NCBI GenBank assembly: GCA_050248855.1 | Contig: JBFWRP010000014.1 | Coordinates: forward strand, 1 to 60,896 | Origin: Planctomycetota bacterium | Lineage (GTDB): Bacteria > Planctomycetota > PLA2 > JAEUHO01 | Length of the DNA stretch: 60,896 nucleotides | Direction: 5' to 3' | Part shown: piece by piece, positions 9,434 to 19,972 of the stretch | Position numbering within the stretch: position 1 is the stretch's first letter | How the letters are laid out: each line of letters starts with the position of its first letter | The notes under the pieces: generated by a model | Told to the model about the DNA's origin: nothing | Seen by the model: the letters and a program-made list of their open reading frames with translations, nothing else | Databases searched by the model: none | Position numbers and translations under genes: made by a program

Positions 9434-12289
9434 CTACTTGTCGCCTTCGGGCTTGACGTCGTCGTCGGGCGGCGAGGGCCGGGCCAGCACGTGCAGGTAG
9501 TTCTCGTCGCGGAGCAGGTTGGCGAGGAAGGCCTTCAGGCCCTCGACGTCGACCTTCTCGGCCGCTTCGAGGCCCTTGGCGACGTCGTCCAGGCCGCCCG
9601 GGAGCTGCCGTGCGCCGCCCAGCGTGCCGAGCCAGAACGTCGGCAGCTGCTTCTGGTTGGCCAAGCCCAGGGACATCTGCACGTTGATGGCGTTGACCTC
9701 GGCCTCGGTCGGACCCTCCTGGCCCAGCTGCTTGGCCGTCTCGTAGGCGATCTTCGCCGCCTCCTCCAGCTTGTCCTTGTCGGCCGTGAACACGGCGCCC
9801 ATCAGCTCGATGCCGCGGTAGGCGTCGATCAGGGGGAAGGCCTGGATGGAGTACGTAAGCCCGCGCGTCTCGCGGACGTCCTTGAGCAGGCGCGTGGTGA
9901 GGATCATCGAGCCGTGCTGTGCATGCGCGAGCTCGATCGGGTCATTGCGGTCGATCCCCACCCAGCCTTCCAGCGCCACGGCCGTCGGCGTGATGGTGAC
10001 CACGCGGATGTTCTCGCCGCCCGGCGCCAGCTGACGCTCGAACGTGTTGCCCTTCACGTGCGCGGCCCACGCCCCCTCGGGGCGAGCCGGCAGCGTGGCG
10101 AGCCACGTACCCACGAGGGCCTTCGCCGCGTCCAGGTCGATCGGGCCGGTCACGACGACGTCCATCGGCGCCGTCGCCGCCAGACGCTTCCACCACGCGC
10201 TGGCTGCCGCCGCGTCGATCGCGCGTACGGTCGACTCGGGCGGCAAGGCCAGACGCGGGTCATCGCCCCCGATGCGCTGACGCATGCGCGTGAAGGCCTG
10301 CTGCTGCGTGCTGCGGCGGGCGTCTTCCAGGTCCTGCAAGAGCGACGCGCGCACGGTGTCGAGCGCGCTCGGCGTGACGACGCCGTCGGTCAGCAGCAGG
10401 TGCGCCAGCTCGAGACCTGCGGCCAGCCCATCGGGCGCGCCCGAGACGGACAGCACGACCGACGCGCCGCTGCGGGCCAGGTTCAGGCGGAACTTCTTGC
10501 CGACGCGCCAGCCGGCAATGGCGCTGGCGTCGTGCGCGCTGCTGGCCAGACCATCGCTGTCGAGTGCATCGACGGTGAGCGCCGTGATGCCCCGGTTGGT
10601 CGCGTCCTCGTCGCAGATGCCGCCGTGCAGCGTGAGCTGGATGTACGAGTCGCCGCCCGCGGGCAGCGCCTTGTAATAGGCCTGCAAGCCGTTGGCGTAC
10701 GTGACATGGGTCACGTCCAAGCCGGCGTGCACGGCGGAGGCCACGACCTCGCCCGCCTTCGCGGGCGGCGCGACCAAGCGGTCGACGTCCGCCGAGGACG
10801 TCGGCGCAGGCACGTCCATCGCGGCCGCGGAAGCGACGAGGGCCTCGATCTCCTCGGCCTTGGGCACGGCGAGCCCGGCCTTCTCCGGCATCACGAGGTA
10901 GACGACGCCGCCCTCGAGGTCGTAGGCCGTCCGCAGCTCCTGCGTGACCTCGTCCAGCGTGATCCCCGGAAGGAGCTCCTTGGCGACCTCCAGACGCTGG
11001 GCCTCGGACATGGGCTGACGGCCCTGCGTGACGAGGTTGTTGAGCTGGGCGAGGACGCCGATCGTCGGGACGCCACCGGCACCCTCCACGGCCTGCTCGA
11101 AGCTGGCGATCAGCGCCTTCTTGGCACGGGCCAGCTCGTCGGCGAGGACGCCGTGCTGCTGGACGCGCCGCCACTCGACGAGCAGGGCCTCGGCCGCCTC
11201 GCGCCAGCGCTCGGGCGGCGACTGCACGTCGATGGTGCGGATCTGCGCGCCCGAGACGAATGGCTGGGTGCGGAAGGAGGCCTCCTGGAACGGCGCGCTG
11301 CCCGTGCGTCGCAGCTCGTCCAGACGCTGGCCCACGATCCACGTGCCCAGGTGGTCCACGCACCAGTCGCGGAAATCGCCGTAGGTCGTGGACGGCTCGA
11401 GCGGCTCGGCGCGCAGCCACGTGAGGTCGGCTTGCGTCAGCTCGGGGTCGGTGAGCACGGCGGCGCGGCGCGGCCCCTGGCTGAGCAGGCCACCGTCCTG
11501 CGGAGCGGGCGGCTCACCGGCGGGGCGCCAGTCGGCGAACGCGAGCTTGGCCATGGCGGCCACCGTGGCGGCATCGATGTCGCCGACGATCATCAGCGTG
11601 GAGGTCTCGGGCCGGTACCATTTGCTCCAGTAGGCCTTCATCGCCTTGGAGTCGATCTTCTCGACGACTTCGGGAAGACCGATGGGCAGACGCTCGGACA
11701 CGAGCGAGCCTGGCGCCACGAGCGGAAGGAGCTGCTCCAGGATGCGCATCTGCGCCCCGGCACGGGCGCGGGCCTCCTCCAGCACGACGCCGCGCTCGTC
11801 GTCGATCTCCGGGTCGAGGAGCGCCAAGCGATGCGCCACGTCGGAGAGGAAGAGCAGTGCCTCGCTGATGGCGTACGGGTCCGTGCGCGGCAGCGCGATC
11901 TGGTACGTCGTCTGGTCGAAGGAGGTGAGCGCGTTCTGGTCGCGACCGAAGCGCACGCCGAGGTCCTCGAAGCGCGACGTCACGGTGCCGGGCTTGAAGT
12001 GGGTGCTCCCGCGGAAGGCCATGTGCTCGAGGAAGTGCGCGAGGCCCCGCTCGGTCTCGGTTTCGTTCACCGACCCCGTGCCGAAGTGCAGCCACAGCGC
12101 CACCATGCCCTTGGGCACTTCGTGGCGGCGGACGTAGAGCTGGAGGCCCGAAGGCAACGTCTCGCGGACTTCGTAGCGATCGTCCACCGGCAGCGGGCGG
12201 TCCACGGGCACGGTCTCCTTGGCCAGGGCCGGGCTGGCGCCGGCAACCAGGGTGGCGGCGGTCAGCAAGGCAACGGGGAAGCGTCGCAT
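9434..12289 (-). CDS. Secreted M16 family zinc metallopeptidase (PqqL-like)
   Basis: Signal peptide; inverted zinc motif GLAHFLEHMAF; NALTSFDQTTY; C-terminal VRETRGLTYS. Confidence 0.92.
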   Translation of the reverse strand: MRRFPVALLTAATLVAGASPALAKETVPVDRPLPVDDRYEVRETLPSGLQLYVRRHEVPKGMVALWLHFGTGSVNETETERGLAHFLEHMAFRGSTHFKPGTVTSRFEDLGVRFGRDQNALTSFDQTTYQIALPRTDPYAISEALLFLSDVAHRLALLDPEIDDERGVVLEEARARAGAQMRILEQLLPLVAPGSLVSERLPIGLPEVVEKIDSKAMKAYWSKWYRPETSTLMIVGDIDAATVAAMAKLAFADWRPAGEPPAPQDGGLLSQGPRRAAVLTDPELTQADLTWLRAEPLEPSTTYGDFRDWCVDHLGTWIVGQRLDELRRTGSAPFQEASFRTQPFVSGAQIRTIDVQSPPERWREAAEALLVEWRRVQQHGVLADELARAKKALIASFEQAVEGAGGVPTIGVLAQLNNLVTQGRQPMSEAQRLEVAKELLPGITLDEVTQELRTAYDLEGGVVYLVMPEKAGLAVPKAEEIEALVASAAAMDVPAPTSSADVDRLVAPPAKAGEVVASAVHAGLDVTHVTYANGLQAYYKALPAGGDSYIQLTLHGGICDEDATNRGITALTVDALDSDGLASSAHDASAIAGWRVGKKFRLNLARSGASVVLSVSGAPDGLAAGLELAHLLLTDGVVTPSALDTVRASLLQDLEDARRSTQQQAFTRMRQRIGGDDPRLALPPESTVRAIDAAAASAWWKRLAATAPMDVVVTGPIDLDAAKALVGTWLATLPARPEGAWAAHVKGNTFERQLAPGGENIRVVTITPTAVALEGWVGIDRNDPIELAHAQHGSMILTTRLLKDVRETRGLTYSIQAFPLIDAYRGIELMGAVFTADKDKLEEAAKIAYETAKQLGQEGPTEAEVNAINVQMSLGLANQKQLPTFWLGTLGGARQLPGGLDDVAKGLEAAEKVDVEGLKAFLANLLRDENYLHVLARPSPPDDDVKPEGDK

Positions 12290-12390
12290 GGGGCACTCCG
12301 AAGCGAGGGGGGCGCGAGTCTACGCGCCGGCACGGCAGCCCCCCGAACGCGGTCGGGGAGCCCGGATGCGGGTGGCGTACACGAGTCGAG

Positions 12391-12780
12391 CCCGGATGTG
12401 GTCAGGCCCCTTGCCGCGGCGCCGGGCAGCGGCAACGCGGGCAAGGTGCCTGACACGCAGGGGACGGGGTTCGCACGCCGGAGGACGTCGCGACCCCGGA
12501 TGTGTCTGGACCCTTGCCGCGGCGCCGCGCAGCGGCAACGTGGGCAAGGTGCCTGACACGCAGGGGTCGCCATCGCCGGCAAGCGACCGTCCCACTGCTG
12601 GGTCGGAGCGACCCCGGATGTGTCTGGACCCTTGCCGCGGCGCCGAGCAGCGGCAACGTGGGCAAGGTGCCTGACACGCAGGGGTCGCGGTCGCCGGCAA
12701 GCGACCGTCGCACTTCGGTGTCTGACACCGTGCCACCGTCGCTTCGCTCCGAGGCACAGGTTCAGACACCTCCGCGCGCC
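12391..12780 (+). repeat. REP/BIME-like array 2: three module A hairpins (~12391, 12490, 12608) followed by module B (12707-12780)
   Basis: 81-nt unit GCGACCCCGGATGTGTCTGGACCCTTGCC...GGCAAGGTGCCTGACACGCAGGGGTCGC with terminal inverted repeats. Confidence 0.92.
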
Positions 12781-12783
12781 ACG

Positions 12784-14142
12784 CTAGGCCCCCAGGTCGC
12801 GCTCCAAGTCGGCGCCGAGGACTTCGTGGCCGGTTGCGGTGACGAGGACGTCGTCCTCGATGCGCACGCCCCCGACGTGGCGATAGGCCTCGGCGCGCTC
12901 GAAGTCGACGTGGGCAGCCCGCTCGCTCTGCACCTCGGGGTCGTCGAGCAGCGCGTCGATGAAGTAGAGCCCGGGCTCGATCGTCATCACCATGCCCGGC
13001 TGGAGCGTGCGATCGGCACGCAGGTACCTGAGACTCGGCCGCGACGAACGCTGGACGCCGCGCGGGTACCCGCCAACGTCGTGCGTCGCCAGTCCGAGGA
13101 AGTGGCCGATGCCGTGCGGGAAGAAGACGGTCTGGGCGTCGACGGCCAGCAGGTCGTCCACCTGACCGCGCAACAGGCCCAGCTCGACGAGCCCCTCGGT
13201 CAGTCCGCGCGAGGCGGACTCGTGGAGCGCCCGCGTGCTGGCGCCCGGCGCCACCTGACGGACGACGTGCGCCTGCACCCGGCGCACGACGTCGTGGACG
13301 GCGCGCATCTCCGGCGTGGCCTTCCCCCCCACGGCGAATGTCCGCGTGATGTCCGCGTCGTAGCCGTCCACCTCCGCACCGGCATCGATCAGCACGAGGT
13401 CGCCGTCCCGCACCGCCGTGTCGCCGGGGCCGCCGTGAAGGACCTGGCATCGCGCCCCGGCCAGCACGATCGAGGGGTACGCGGTGCCCTCGCCTCCGGC
13501 CTCGTCGAACGCATGTTCGAGAACGCGCGCCAGCTGCCGCTCGGTACGTCCCGCGTGGGCCGCGTCGCGCGCGGCGCGGTGGCCGGCCACGGAAGCCGCA
13601 ACGGCGCGGCGCAGGGCGGCCAGGGCCACGTCGTCCTTCACGAGGCGCGAGGCGACGATGCGATCCTCGAGGGCGGCGCTCGCATCCGCGTCGATCCGCC
13701 AACCGTGCACGCGATCCGGATGCAGGCCGTAGGCGCCGGGCCGCTCCAGCAGGTCGCGCGCGCCCGCGTAGGCGATCGCCGACCGCCCGTCCAGGAGGCT
13801 CCCGAGCTCGTCCAGCCGTCGGCCGAGGGCCAAGCCGGCGCGCTCGGCCCGTTCGCGGGGCCCTGGCGTCGGCCCATGCCACACCGCTTCGTCGGCACCG
13901 GGAACCGGCGTGTAGAGGCACCACCCCTCATCGGGTATGTGCACGACCACGTCGCCGGGCTGGACCTCGCCCAGCAGATGGCGCACGTGGTCGTGGCCGC
14001 GGAACCGATACGTGGCATCGGTCCCCTCGACGGGGATCGGCACGCCAGCCGGGACGATGGCGACGACGTCCTCCCCGGAGGTCGCGCAGGCGGAGCGGCG
14101 AGCCGAGAGCGTGCGGTGGCGATCGGGCGTGCTGGACGTCAT
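12784..14142 (-). CDS. Xaa-Pro aminopeptidase / prolidase (M24B)
   Basis: LIDAGAEVDGYDADITRT, PHGIGHFLGLATHD, TIEPGLYF and GGVRIEDD metal-ligand motifs; start uncertain. Confidence 0.92.
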   Translation of the reverse strand: MTSSTPDRHRTLSARRSACATSGEDVVAIVPAGVPIPVEGTDATYRFRGHDHVRHLLGEVQPGDVVVHIPDEGWCLYTPVPGADEAVWHGPTPGPRERAERAGLALGRRLDELGSLLDGRSAIAYAGARDLLERPGAYGLHPDRVHGWRIDADASAALEDRIVASRLVKDDVALAALRRAVAASVAGHRAARDAAHAGRTERQLARVLEHAFDEAGGEGTAYPSIVLAGARCQVLHGGPGDTAVRDGDLVLIDAGAEVDGYDADITRTFAVGGKATPEMRAVHDVVRRVQAHVVRQVAPGASTRALHESASRGLTEGLVELGLLRGQVDDLLAVDAQTVFFPHGIGHFLGLATHDVGGYPRGVQRSSRPSLRYLRADRTLQPGMVMTIEPGLYFIDALLDDPEVQSERAAHVDFERAEAYRHVGGVRIEDDVLVTATGHEVLGADLERDLGA

Positions 14143-14548
14143 CGACCCATGACACCACGCCGACGGGAAGCCGGCTGGTGCGGCCGCAAGGAGCCCGTGG
14201 GCCGCGTCCATCCCGCGCGACACGCCCTCGCCGGTGCAGGAGGCTTGGGCTCGCAACCCCTTGTGCCGGGTGGGGTTCCACGAGCAAGCCTGTTGAACCA
14301 GGTGGTCACGGGGATCATCCCGGGACCGCGTGCGATCGAGGAGGCGACTGGAGGGCCGTCCGCCGAGGGCCGATCAGGGCTACAACCCGTAGGAAGGGTG
14401 ACGCGCCCCCGGTGGGCGTCGCGCGGTGACACGCTCGGCGCCACGACCCTAGTCCCCCCCCGGTCGAGTCGGGCTTGGACCTGCAAACGACCCATCGGGG
14501 CGCGCGCCCATCTTCGCGGTGTTCGCCGGTTGCCCGAGGAGGAGTGCC

Positions 14549-16405
14549 ATGTCGTGGACGAACCGAACGCACGGATGGCGCCACGCCCCGTGGCGTAGGT
14601 CCTGGACCCTCTCCCTCTTCGCCCTGTTCGTGCTCGCCTCGAGCGCATGCGGCGGCGGAGGCGCCCCGCCCGTCGACCCCAACGTGCCGCAGGATCTCGC
14701 TTACGACGCACCCAGCTACACGGTGCGTACGGACGATCCCGTCACCCCGAACACACCCACGTGGACCGGCGGAACGCCCACGTCGTTCAGCTGCGTGCCG
14801 GACCTGCCCGCCGGCCTCGTCATCAACCCGACGAGTGGCATCATCTCGGGGACGCCGACCGAGGCAACGCCCTCCCAGGTACACACGATCACGGCCTCGA
14901 ACGAGTCCGGCCAGGACACGGCCAACATCACCATCGAGGTGCTCTGGGCCGAGGCCAAGTCGATCCTGCCCAAGGCCAACCTGACCGACGACGACATCCG
15001 GCACTTCCTGGACCGCACGCACTTCGGGTTCAGCGATGGCCACTACGCGCAGATCCAGGCCCAGGGCATGTCGGCGTACGTCGGCGCCATGACGGCGCTC
15101 CCGCCCCAGACCCAGATGGAGACGGACGCCCGCAACACGTACCTCGTGGACGACGACGACCCCAACGCCATGTTCCCGTCCCACCAGGACCTCATCAACT
15201 GGTGGGCCTACATGCAGGTCGTCAACCCCAACCCCTTCCAGGAGGTCGTGGGCCTGCACTGGCACGATCACTTCGCCACGTCGTCCGAGGTGCTCGAGGG
15301 TAGCAACGTCTACTACATGATCGGCCACGTCAACCTGTTGCGGCACATGGGCACGGGCAACCTGCGCACGTTCCTCACGGCCATCGCGCGGGACTGGGCC
15401 ATGCTCGAGTGGCTCGACGGCGTCAGGAACAACGGCGCCGACGGCCAGGAGCCCAACGAGAACTTCGGTCGCGAGTGGTTCGAGCTGTTCTGCCTGGGCG
15501 TGGACAACGGGTACACGCAGACGGACATCGTGGAGGCGGCGCGCGCCTTCACGGGCTACCGCGCGCGCTACAACAACACCACCGGCCAGAGCTACGTCGA
15601 GTTCAGTGCTGCCCGTCACGACGGTGGCAGCAAAACGGTGCTGGGCGTCACGATCCCCGCCCAGGACACGACCGACGACTACCAGGCCATGACCGACCTC
15701 ACGTTGGCCCTCCAGGACCCGGTGAGCGGGCACAGCCGCTGCGCGCGCTGGATCGTGCGCTCGATCGTATGTCGCTTCGCGATGCACGATCCGTCCGACG
15801 AGCTGATCAACCAGCTGGCCGGCGTGCTCGAGGGCGCGGGCTGGGAGCTCAAGCCCGTCTTCGACACGCTGTTCCTGTCGGAGGCGTTCTACTCCGCGCA
15901 GGCCAAGGAGGGCTTCGTCAAGTCCCCCATCGAGCACCTCGTGGGCTTCCAGCGCTCCACGCAGCTCTACGGCGACCCCAACCAGGTCACGCGACGCGCC
16001 GTGCTGCTCGGCAACACGGCCACCCAGCCGCCCACGGTCGATGGCTGGCCCGAGGACGAGGGGTGGCTGTCGGCGCAGGCGCTCGTCGATCGCGCCAACG
16101 TCGTCAAGTACCTGATCCGCGACGCGAAGACGATCCAGGACGGCCTGAACATCGACGTGGCCGACCTGCTGCCGCCGGGCTTGCCGACGAGCCTCGAGGT
16201 CGTCGACAGCCTCGCACTCCGCCTGCACCTGGACCTCACCACGGCCGAGCGCAACGAGCTGGCCACGTACCTCGACACGGATCGACTGGGCAACGGCACG
16301 ATCGTCAGCAGCCCGTTCGACGCCAACAACTCCACCCACATCGACCAGCGGGTCCGCGGCCTCCTCTACATGATGGCGCTGCACCCGACCTACATGACGC
16401 GCTGA
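14549..16405 (+). CDS. DUF1800 family lipoprotein with N-terminal putative Ig (He_PIG) domain
   Basis: GGAGGAG RBS; lipobox SSAC-GGGG; LPAGLVINPTSGIISGTPT Ig motif; DUF1800 motifs WHDHFATS, PNENFGREWFELF, EAARAFTG. Confidence 0.9.
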   Translation: MSWTNRTHGWRHAPWRRSWTLSLFALFVLASSACGGGGAPPVDPNVPQDLAYDAPSYTVRTDDPVTPNTPTWTGGTPTSFSCVPDLPAGLVINPTSGIISGTPTEATPSQVHTITASNESGQDTANITIEVLWAEAKSILPKANLTDDDIRHFLDRTHFGFSDGHYAQIQAQGMSAYVGAMTALPPQTQMETDARNTYLVDDDDPNAMFPSHQDLINWWAYMQVVNPNPFQEVVGLHWHDHFATSSEVLEGSNVYYMIGHVNLLRHMGTGNLRTFLTAIARDWAMLEWLDGVRNNGADGQEPNENFGREWFELFCLGVDNGYTQTDIVEAARAFTGYRARYNNTTGQSYVEFSAARHDGGSKTVLGVTIPAQDTTDDYQAMTDLTLALQDPVSGHSRCARWIVRSIVCRFAMHDPSDELINQLAGVLEGAGWELKPVFDTLFLSEAFYSAQAKEGFVKSPIEHLVGFQRSTQLYGDPNQVTRRAVLLGNTATQPPTVDGWPEDEGWLSAQALVDRANVVKYLIRDAKTIQDGLNIDVADLLPPGLPTSLEVVDSLALRLHLDLTTAERNELATYLDTDRLGNGTIVSSPFDANNSTHIDQRVRGLLYMMALHPTYMTR

Positions 16406-16427
16406 CGCGGCGACGAGGAGCACCACC

Positions 16428-17717
16428 ATGGGTCACCCCCGCCTTCCTTCGAGCCCTGATCGCCGCGACATCCTGCGGATGACGCTGGCCGGCGCTGGCC
16501 TGACCGCCTTGGGCGGCGGGCTGTCGCGCGGCTTGTTGCGCCACGCCGAGGGCGCGCCGATCACCGGCATCAAGCGCGTCGTCGTGATCTTCGCGTACGG
16601 CGGATGGGACGGCCTCAACGTCGTGATTCCCACCACGAACCAGGCCTACTACGACCGCCGTCCCACGATCCAGATCGCCTCGGGCAACGCGCTCGCGCTC
16701 AACGGAACCAGTGACTACGGCTTCCATCCGTCGATGGATCGCCTGCAGTCGCTGTGGAACAACGATGCCTCGGTCGCCGCGTTCCGCCGCGTGGGCTACC
16801 CCAGCGAGAACCTGTCGCACTTCGAGAGCCAGGACATCTTCTCGGAGGGCGTGCGCAATGGCTTCGGCGGCCTGCCGATCGACCCGAGCGGCTGGATCGC
16901 GCGCGTCTCCAACGACCTGCAGCTCTCGGCGACGGGCGCCGTCGCCGTAGGCGTGGGCCGACCTCTCGAGGTCGAGGGCGCCGACACGTCGCCCCTGATG
17001 GTGTCGAGCCTGTCCGCGTTCCGCTTCCAGAACGACCAGGCCTACACCAACAACCACATCTACCGCCTGCAGGTGCTCAAGCAGATGATGCAGGGCTACA
17101 GCGGCACCACGCTGGACGTGGAGTCGGCCCAGGCGCTGGAACAGGGCCTCGACCTCGCCGACCAGATCCAGGCCGCGGTGTCCAGCTACAGCTCGCCGTA
17201 CGCAGACGACTACCCCAACAACTCGCCCGGCCGCTACCTCAAGGACATCGCGCGCTTGATCCAGGGCGGCTTCGACAGCCAGGTGTTCTTCACCGGTTTC
17301 GGCGGTCACGACACCCACGGCGACCAGGGCGCCGAGACGGGCACGCAGGCCACGCTGCTCGAGCGGATGGACTCGGGCATCGGCGCCTTCGTCGACGACT
17401 GCAAGGACATGGGCATCTGGGACGACACCTGCATCCTGCTGCTCAGCGAGTTCGGCCGCCGCAACTTCGAGAACAGCAGCCAGGGCACCGACCATGGCCA
17501 TGGCAACCAGTTCATCGGCCTGGGAGGCTCGATGAACGGCGGCCTCTACGGCCCGGACATCACCGAGTCCGACATCGCCGACCGCAACTGGATGGACTAC
17601 GAGCTCGACTTCCGCGACATCCTCCGCGACATCGTCACGAACCACCTGGGCGGCAACGGCGACGCCGTGTTCCCCGAGACCCAGCAGTTCAACAACACGC
17701 TGGGCCTGTTCGCGTGA
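16428..17717 (+). CDS. DUF1501 family protein with Tat signal
   Basis: RRDILR twin-arginine signal; GGWDGLN, SHFESQ, GGHDTH, SEFGRR and GTDHG motifs; usual partner of DUF1800. Confidence 0.92.
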   Translation: MGHPRLPSSPDRRDILRMTLAGAGLTALGGGLSRGLLRHAEGAPITGIKRVVVIFAYGGWDGLNVVIPTTNQAYYDRRPTIQIASGNALALNGTSDYGFHPSMDRLQSLWNNDASVAAFRRVGYPSENLSHFESQDIFSEGVRNGFGGLPIDPSGWIARVSNDLQLSATGAVAVGVGRPLEVEGADTSPLMVSSLSAFRFQNDQAYTNNHIYRLQVLKQMMQGYSGTTLDVESAQALEQGLDLADQIQAAVSSYSSPYADDYPNNSPGRYLKDIARLIQGGFDSQVFFTGFGGHDTHGDQGAETGTQATLLERMDSGIGAFVDDCKDMGIWDDTCILLLSEFGRRNFENSSQGTDHGHGNQFIGLGGSMNGGLYGPDITESDIADRNWMDYELDFRDILRDIVTNHLGGNGDAVFPETQQFNNTLGLFA

Positions 17718-19132
17718 TCCGGCTGGGGGGGGTGGGGCGGGCGCACATCGCGTTCGCCGGCTTGGTCCTGGCGCTTGCCACCGCCTGCGGCGGTGGAGGA
17801 GGAGGGGGCCCTGCCGCTCCGAGCGGACTCGCATACGCCACCAGCCCGGGCCTCTACCGCGTGGGCGAGGCGATCGCGTCGAACACGCCGAGCGTGAGCG
17901 GCGCCGTGGACACGTGGTCCGTGCAGCCTGCGCTGCCCACGGGCCTTGTCCTGGACGGCGCCACCGGCGTCATCAGCGGCACGCCCTCGGTCGAGTCCGA
18001 CGTGATCCACACCGTCACGGCGACGGGCCCCGGCGGCTCGACGAACGTGCAGCTGGCGATCGACGTCGGCCCAGAGCTTCCGGCCGTCATCACGTCGTTG
18101 CCCCTGGGCTTCGAGGCGGTCGCCGTGCTCGAGGGTGGCCCGAGCAAGATCGCGAAGATGGCGCTGGCGCCCGACGGCCGCTTGTTCTTCACCGAGGTCG
18201 ACACCGGCCATGTTCGCGTCCTCGACGCCTCGGGCAGTCTCGTCGTGGCCCCGTTTGCCACGGTCCCCGTGCTCAACGGCGGACATCTCGGCCTCCTGGG
18301 GCTTGCGCTGGACCCGGCGTTCGCCGTCAACGGCCATGTCTACGTGCTCGCCAACGTGCCGGGCGATGGCATGACCACGGTCGACCGGACGGAGATCCGC
18401 CGCTACACGGACGTGGCCAACGTCGGCACGAACGAGGTCGTCATCCTGTCGAACCTGCCGGTGAACACGGGCATGCCCAGCATCAACAACGGCGGGGAGC
18501 TCTTGTTCGACCTGTCGGGCGACCTCTTCGTGAGCCTCGGCGACGTGGGTGACCCAGCGAACAGCCAAGTCGGCACGGGGACTTCGGAGGCCGGCAAGGT
18601 GTTGCGCATCATCCCCACGGACCCACCCGGCGTCCCAGTTACGAACCCGACGATGGGCGACCCCGAATGGTGTCGGGGCTTGCGCAACACGTTCGGCCTC
18701 GCGGTGCACCCCACGACGGGCGACCTGTTCGGCGTCGACAACGGCCCCAACGCCGACGACGAGCTCAACTACCTGCAACCCGGCAAGAACTTCGAGTGGG
18801 GCTCCGCGGGTGGCATCCCGCCCGCCACGGTCGGCTTCAAGATGCGCAACTGGGTCGACGAGATCGTTCCGACGGCGCTGGCGTGGCACCCCGGCACGGG
18901 CTGGGGCGCGGACTTCGCCGACGACCTGTTCCTGGCGTCCTACGACGACGACCTCGTCTACCGCATCGAGCTGTCGGGGGTTGCGTTCACGGACATCGAC
19001 ACGGAGAGCGTGTTCGTGACGTTCGACATCACGGGCGGGCTGAACAAGCCGCTCGACCTCGTCGTGAACCCCCTGGACGGCGATCTCTGGATCTCGACCT
19101 TCGCCGGCATCTACCGCATCTCGAAGCAGTAG
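17714..19132 (+). CDS. Lipoprotein with putative Ig domain and PQQ-dependent sugar dehydrogenase (GSDH)-like beta-propeller
   Basis: GTGA overlap with DUF1501 stop; lipobox ATAC-GGGGGG; GLLGLALDPAF, GKVLRI, GLRNTFGLA, DELN motifs. Confidence 0.88.
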   Translation: MIRLGGVGRAHIAFAGLVLALATACGGGGGGGPAAPSGLAYATSPGLYRVGEAIASNTPSVSGAVDTWSVQPALPTGLVLDGATGVISGTPSVESDVIHTVTATGPGGSTNVQLAIDVGPELPAVITSLPLGFEAVAVLEGGPSKIAKMALAPDGRLFFTEVDTGHVRVLDASGSLVVAPFATVPVLNGGHLGLLGLALDPAFAVNGHVYVLANVPGDGMTTVDRTEIRRYTDVANVGTNEVVILSNLPVNTGMPSINNGGELLFDLSGDLFVSLGDVGDPANSQVGTGTSEAGKVLRIIPTDPPGVPVTNPTMGDPEWCRGLRNTFGLAVHPTTGDLFGVDNGPNADDELNYLQPGKNFEWGSAGGIPPATVGFKMRNWVDEIVPTALAWHPGTGWGADFADDLFLASYDDDLVYRIELSGVAFTDIDTESVFVTFDITGGLNKPLDLVVNPLDGDLWISTFAGIYRISKQ

Positions 19133-19183
19133 CGCCGCGCCAAGTCTGACCCCAACCGAGGGCCGCACTGCGGTGTCAGGTCA

Positions 19184-19936
19184 GCGACCCCGGATGTGTC
19201 GGGACCCTTGCCGCGGCGCCGTGTAGCGGCAACGTGGGCAAGGTGCCTGACACGTAGGGGTCGCGGTTCACCAGCGAGTGGACGTCGCGACACCGGATGT
19301 GTCTGGACCCTTGCCGCGGCGCCGCGAAGCGGCAACGTGGGCAAGGTGCCTGACACGCAGGGGTCGCGGTTCGCCAGCGAGCGGACGTCGCACTTCGGTG
19401 TCTGACACCGTGCCACCGTCGCTTCGCTCCGAGGCACGGGTTCAGACACCTCCGCGCGCCTTACATCCCAGGCGCCGACCCCAAGCGGAGCGCAGGGAAC
19501 ATCGTTCCGCGCTCCCGCGCGGACTCGGTGCTCCGGCTTCGCCTCCGCAGCAGGGGGGCTATTCCGTACCCCCCCTGCACCCCTCACGGGGGTCGCGGTT
19601 CGACGGCGGGTGGACGTCGCGACCCCGGATGTGTCTGGACCCTTGCCGCGGCGCCGCGAAGCGGCAACGTGGGCAAGGTGCCTGACACGTAGGGGGCGCG
19701 GTTCGACGCCGAGCGGACGTTGCAGTTCGGCATCTGGTCGCTACACGCTCGTTCCGCGCTCCCGCGCGGACTCGGTGCTCCGGCTTCGCCTCCGCAGCAG
19801 GGGGGCTATTCCGTACCCCCCCTGCACCCCTCACGGGGGGCGCGGTTCGCCAGCGAGCGGACGTCGCACTTCGGTGTCTGACACCGTGCCACCGTCGCTT
19901 CGCTCCGAGGCACGGGTTCAGACACCTCCGCGCGCC
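19184..19936 (+). repeat. REP/BIME-like array 3: A(19184)-A(19287)-B(19387)-C(19479)-A(19619)-C(19749)-B(19863)
   Basis: Direct comparison of units; linker GGTTCGCCAGCGAGCGGACGTC recurs between modules; lies between convergent genes. Confidence 0.92.
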
Positions 19937-19972
19937 TCATTCGCGCGGCGCCCGCGCGGGAAGGCCGGGTAC

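Noticed and set aside
9374..12556. Long antisense or alternate-frame ORFs such as 9374-12556(+), 55935-59039(-), 14315-16429(-) and 19610-21574(+)
   Set aside because: They shadow well-supported genes; long stop-free frames are expected at this GC content.
16754..17713. Apparent N-terminal extensions of ORFs 16754-19132, 6054-8252, 43211-45781, 43711-46653, 46089-48797 and 58553-60256
   Set aside because: The extensions overlap upstream genes in another frame and are Arg/Pro/Gly-rich noise; the true starts have an RBS or stop/start overlaps, so no frameshift or fusion is needed.
19479..19592. Group II intron domain V/VI or tRNA identity for module C
   Set aside because: No catalytic-triad domain V helix or cloverleaf could be built, and no reverse transcriptase gene is present.
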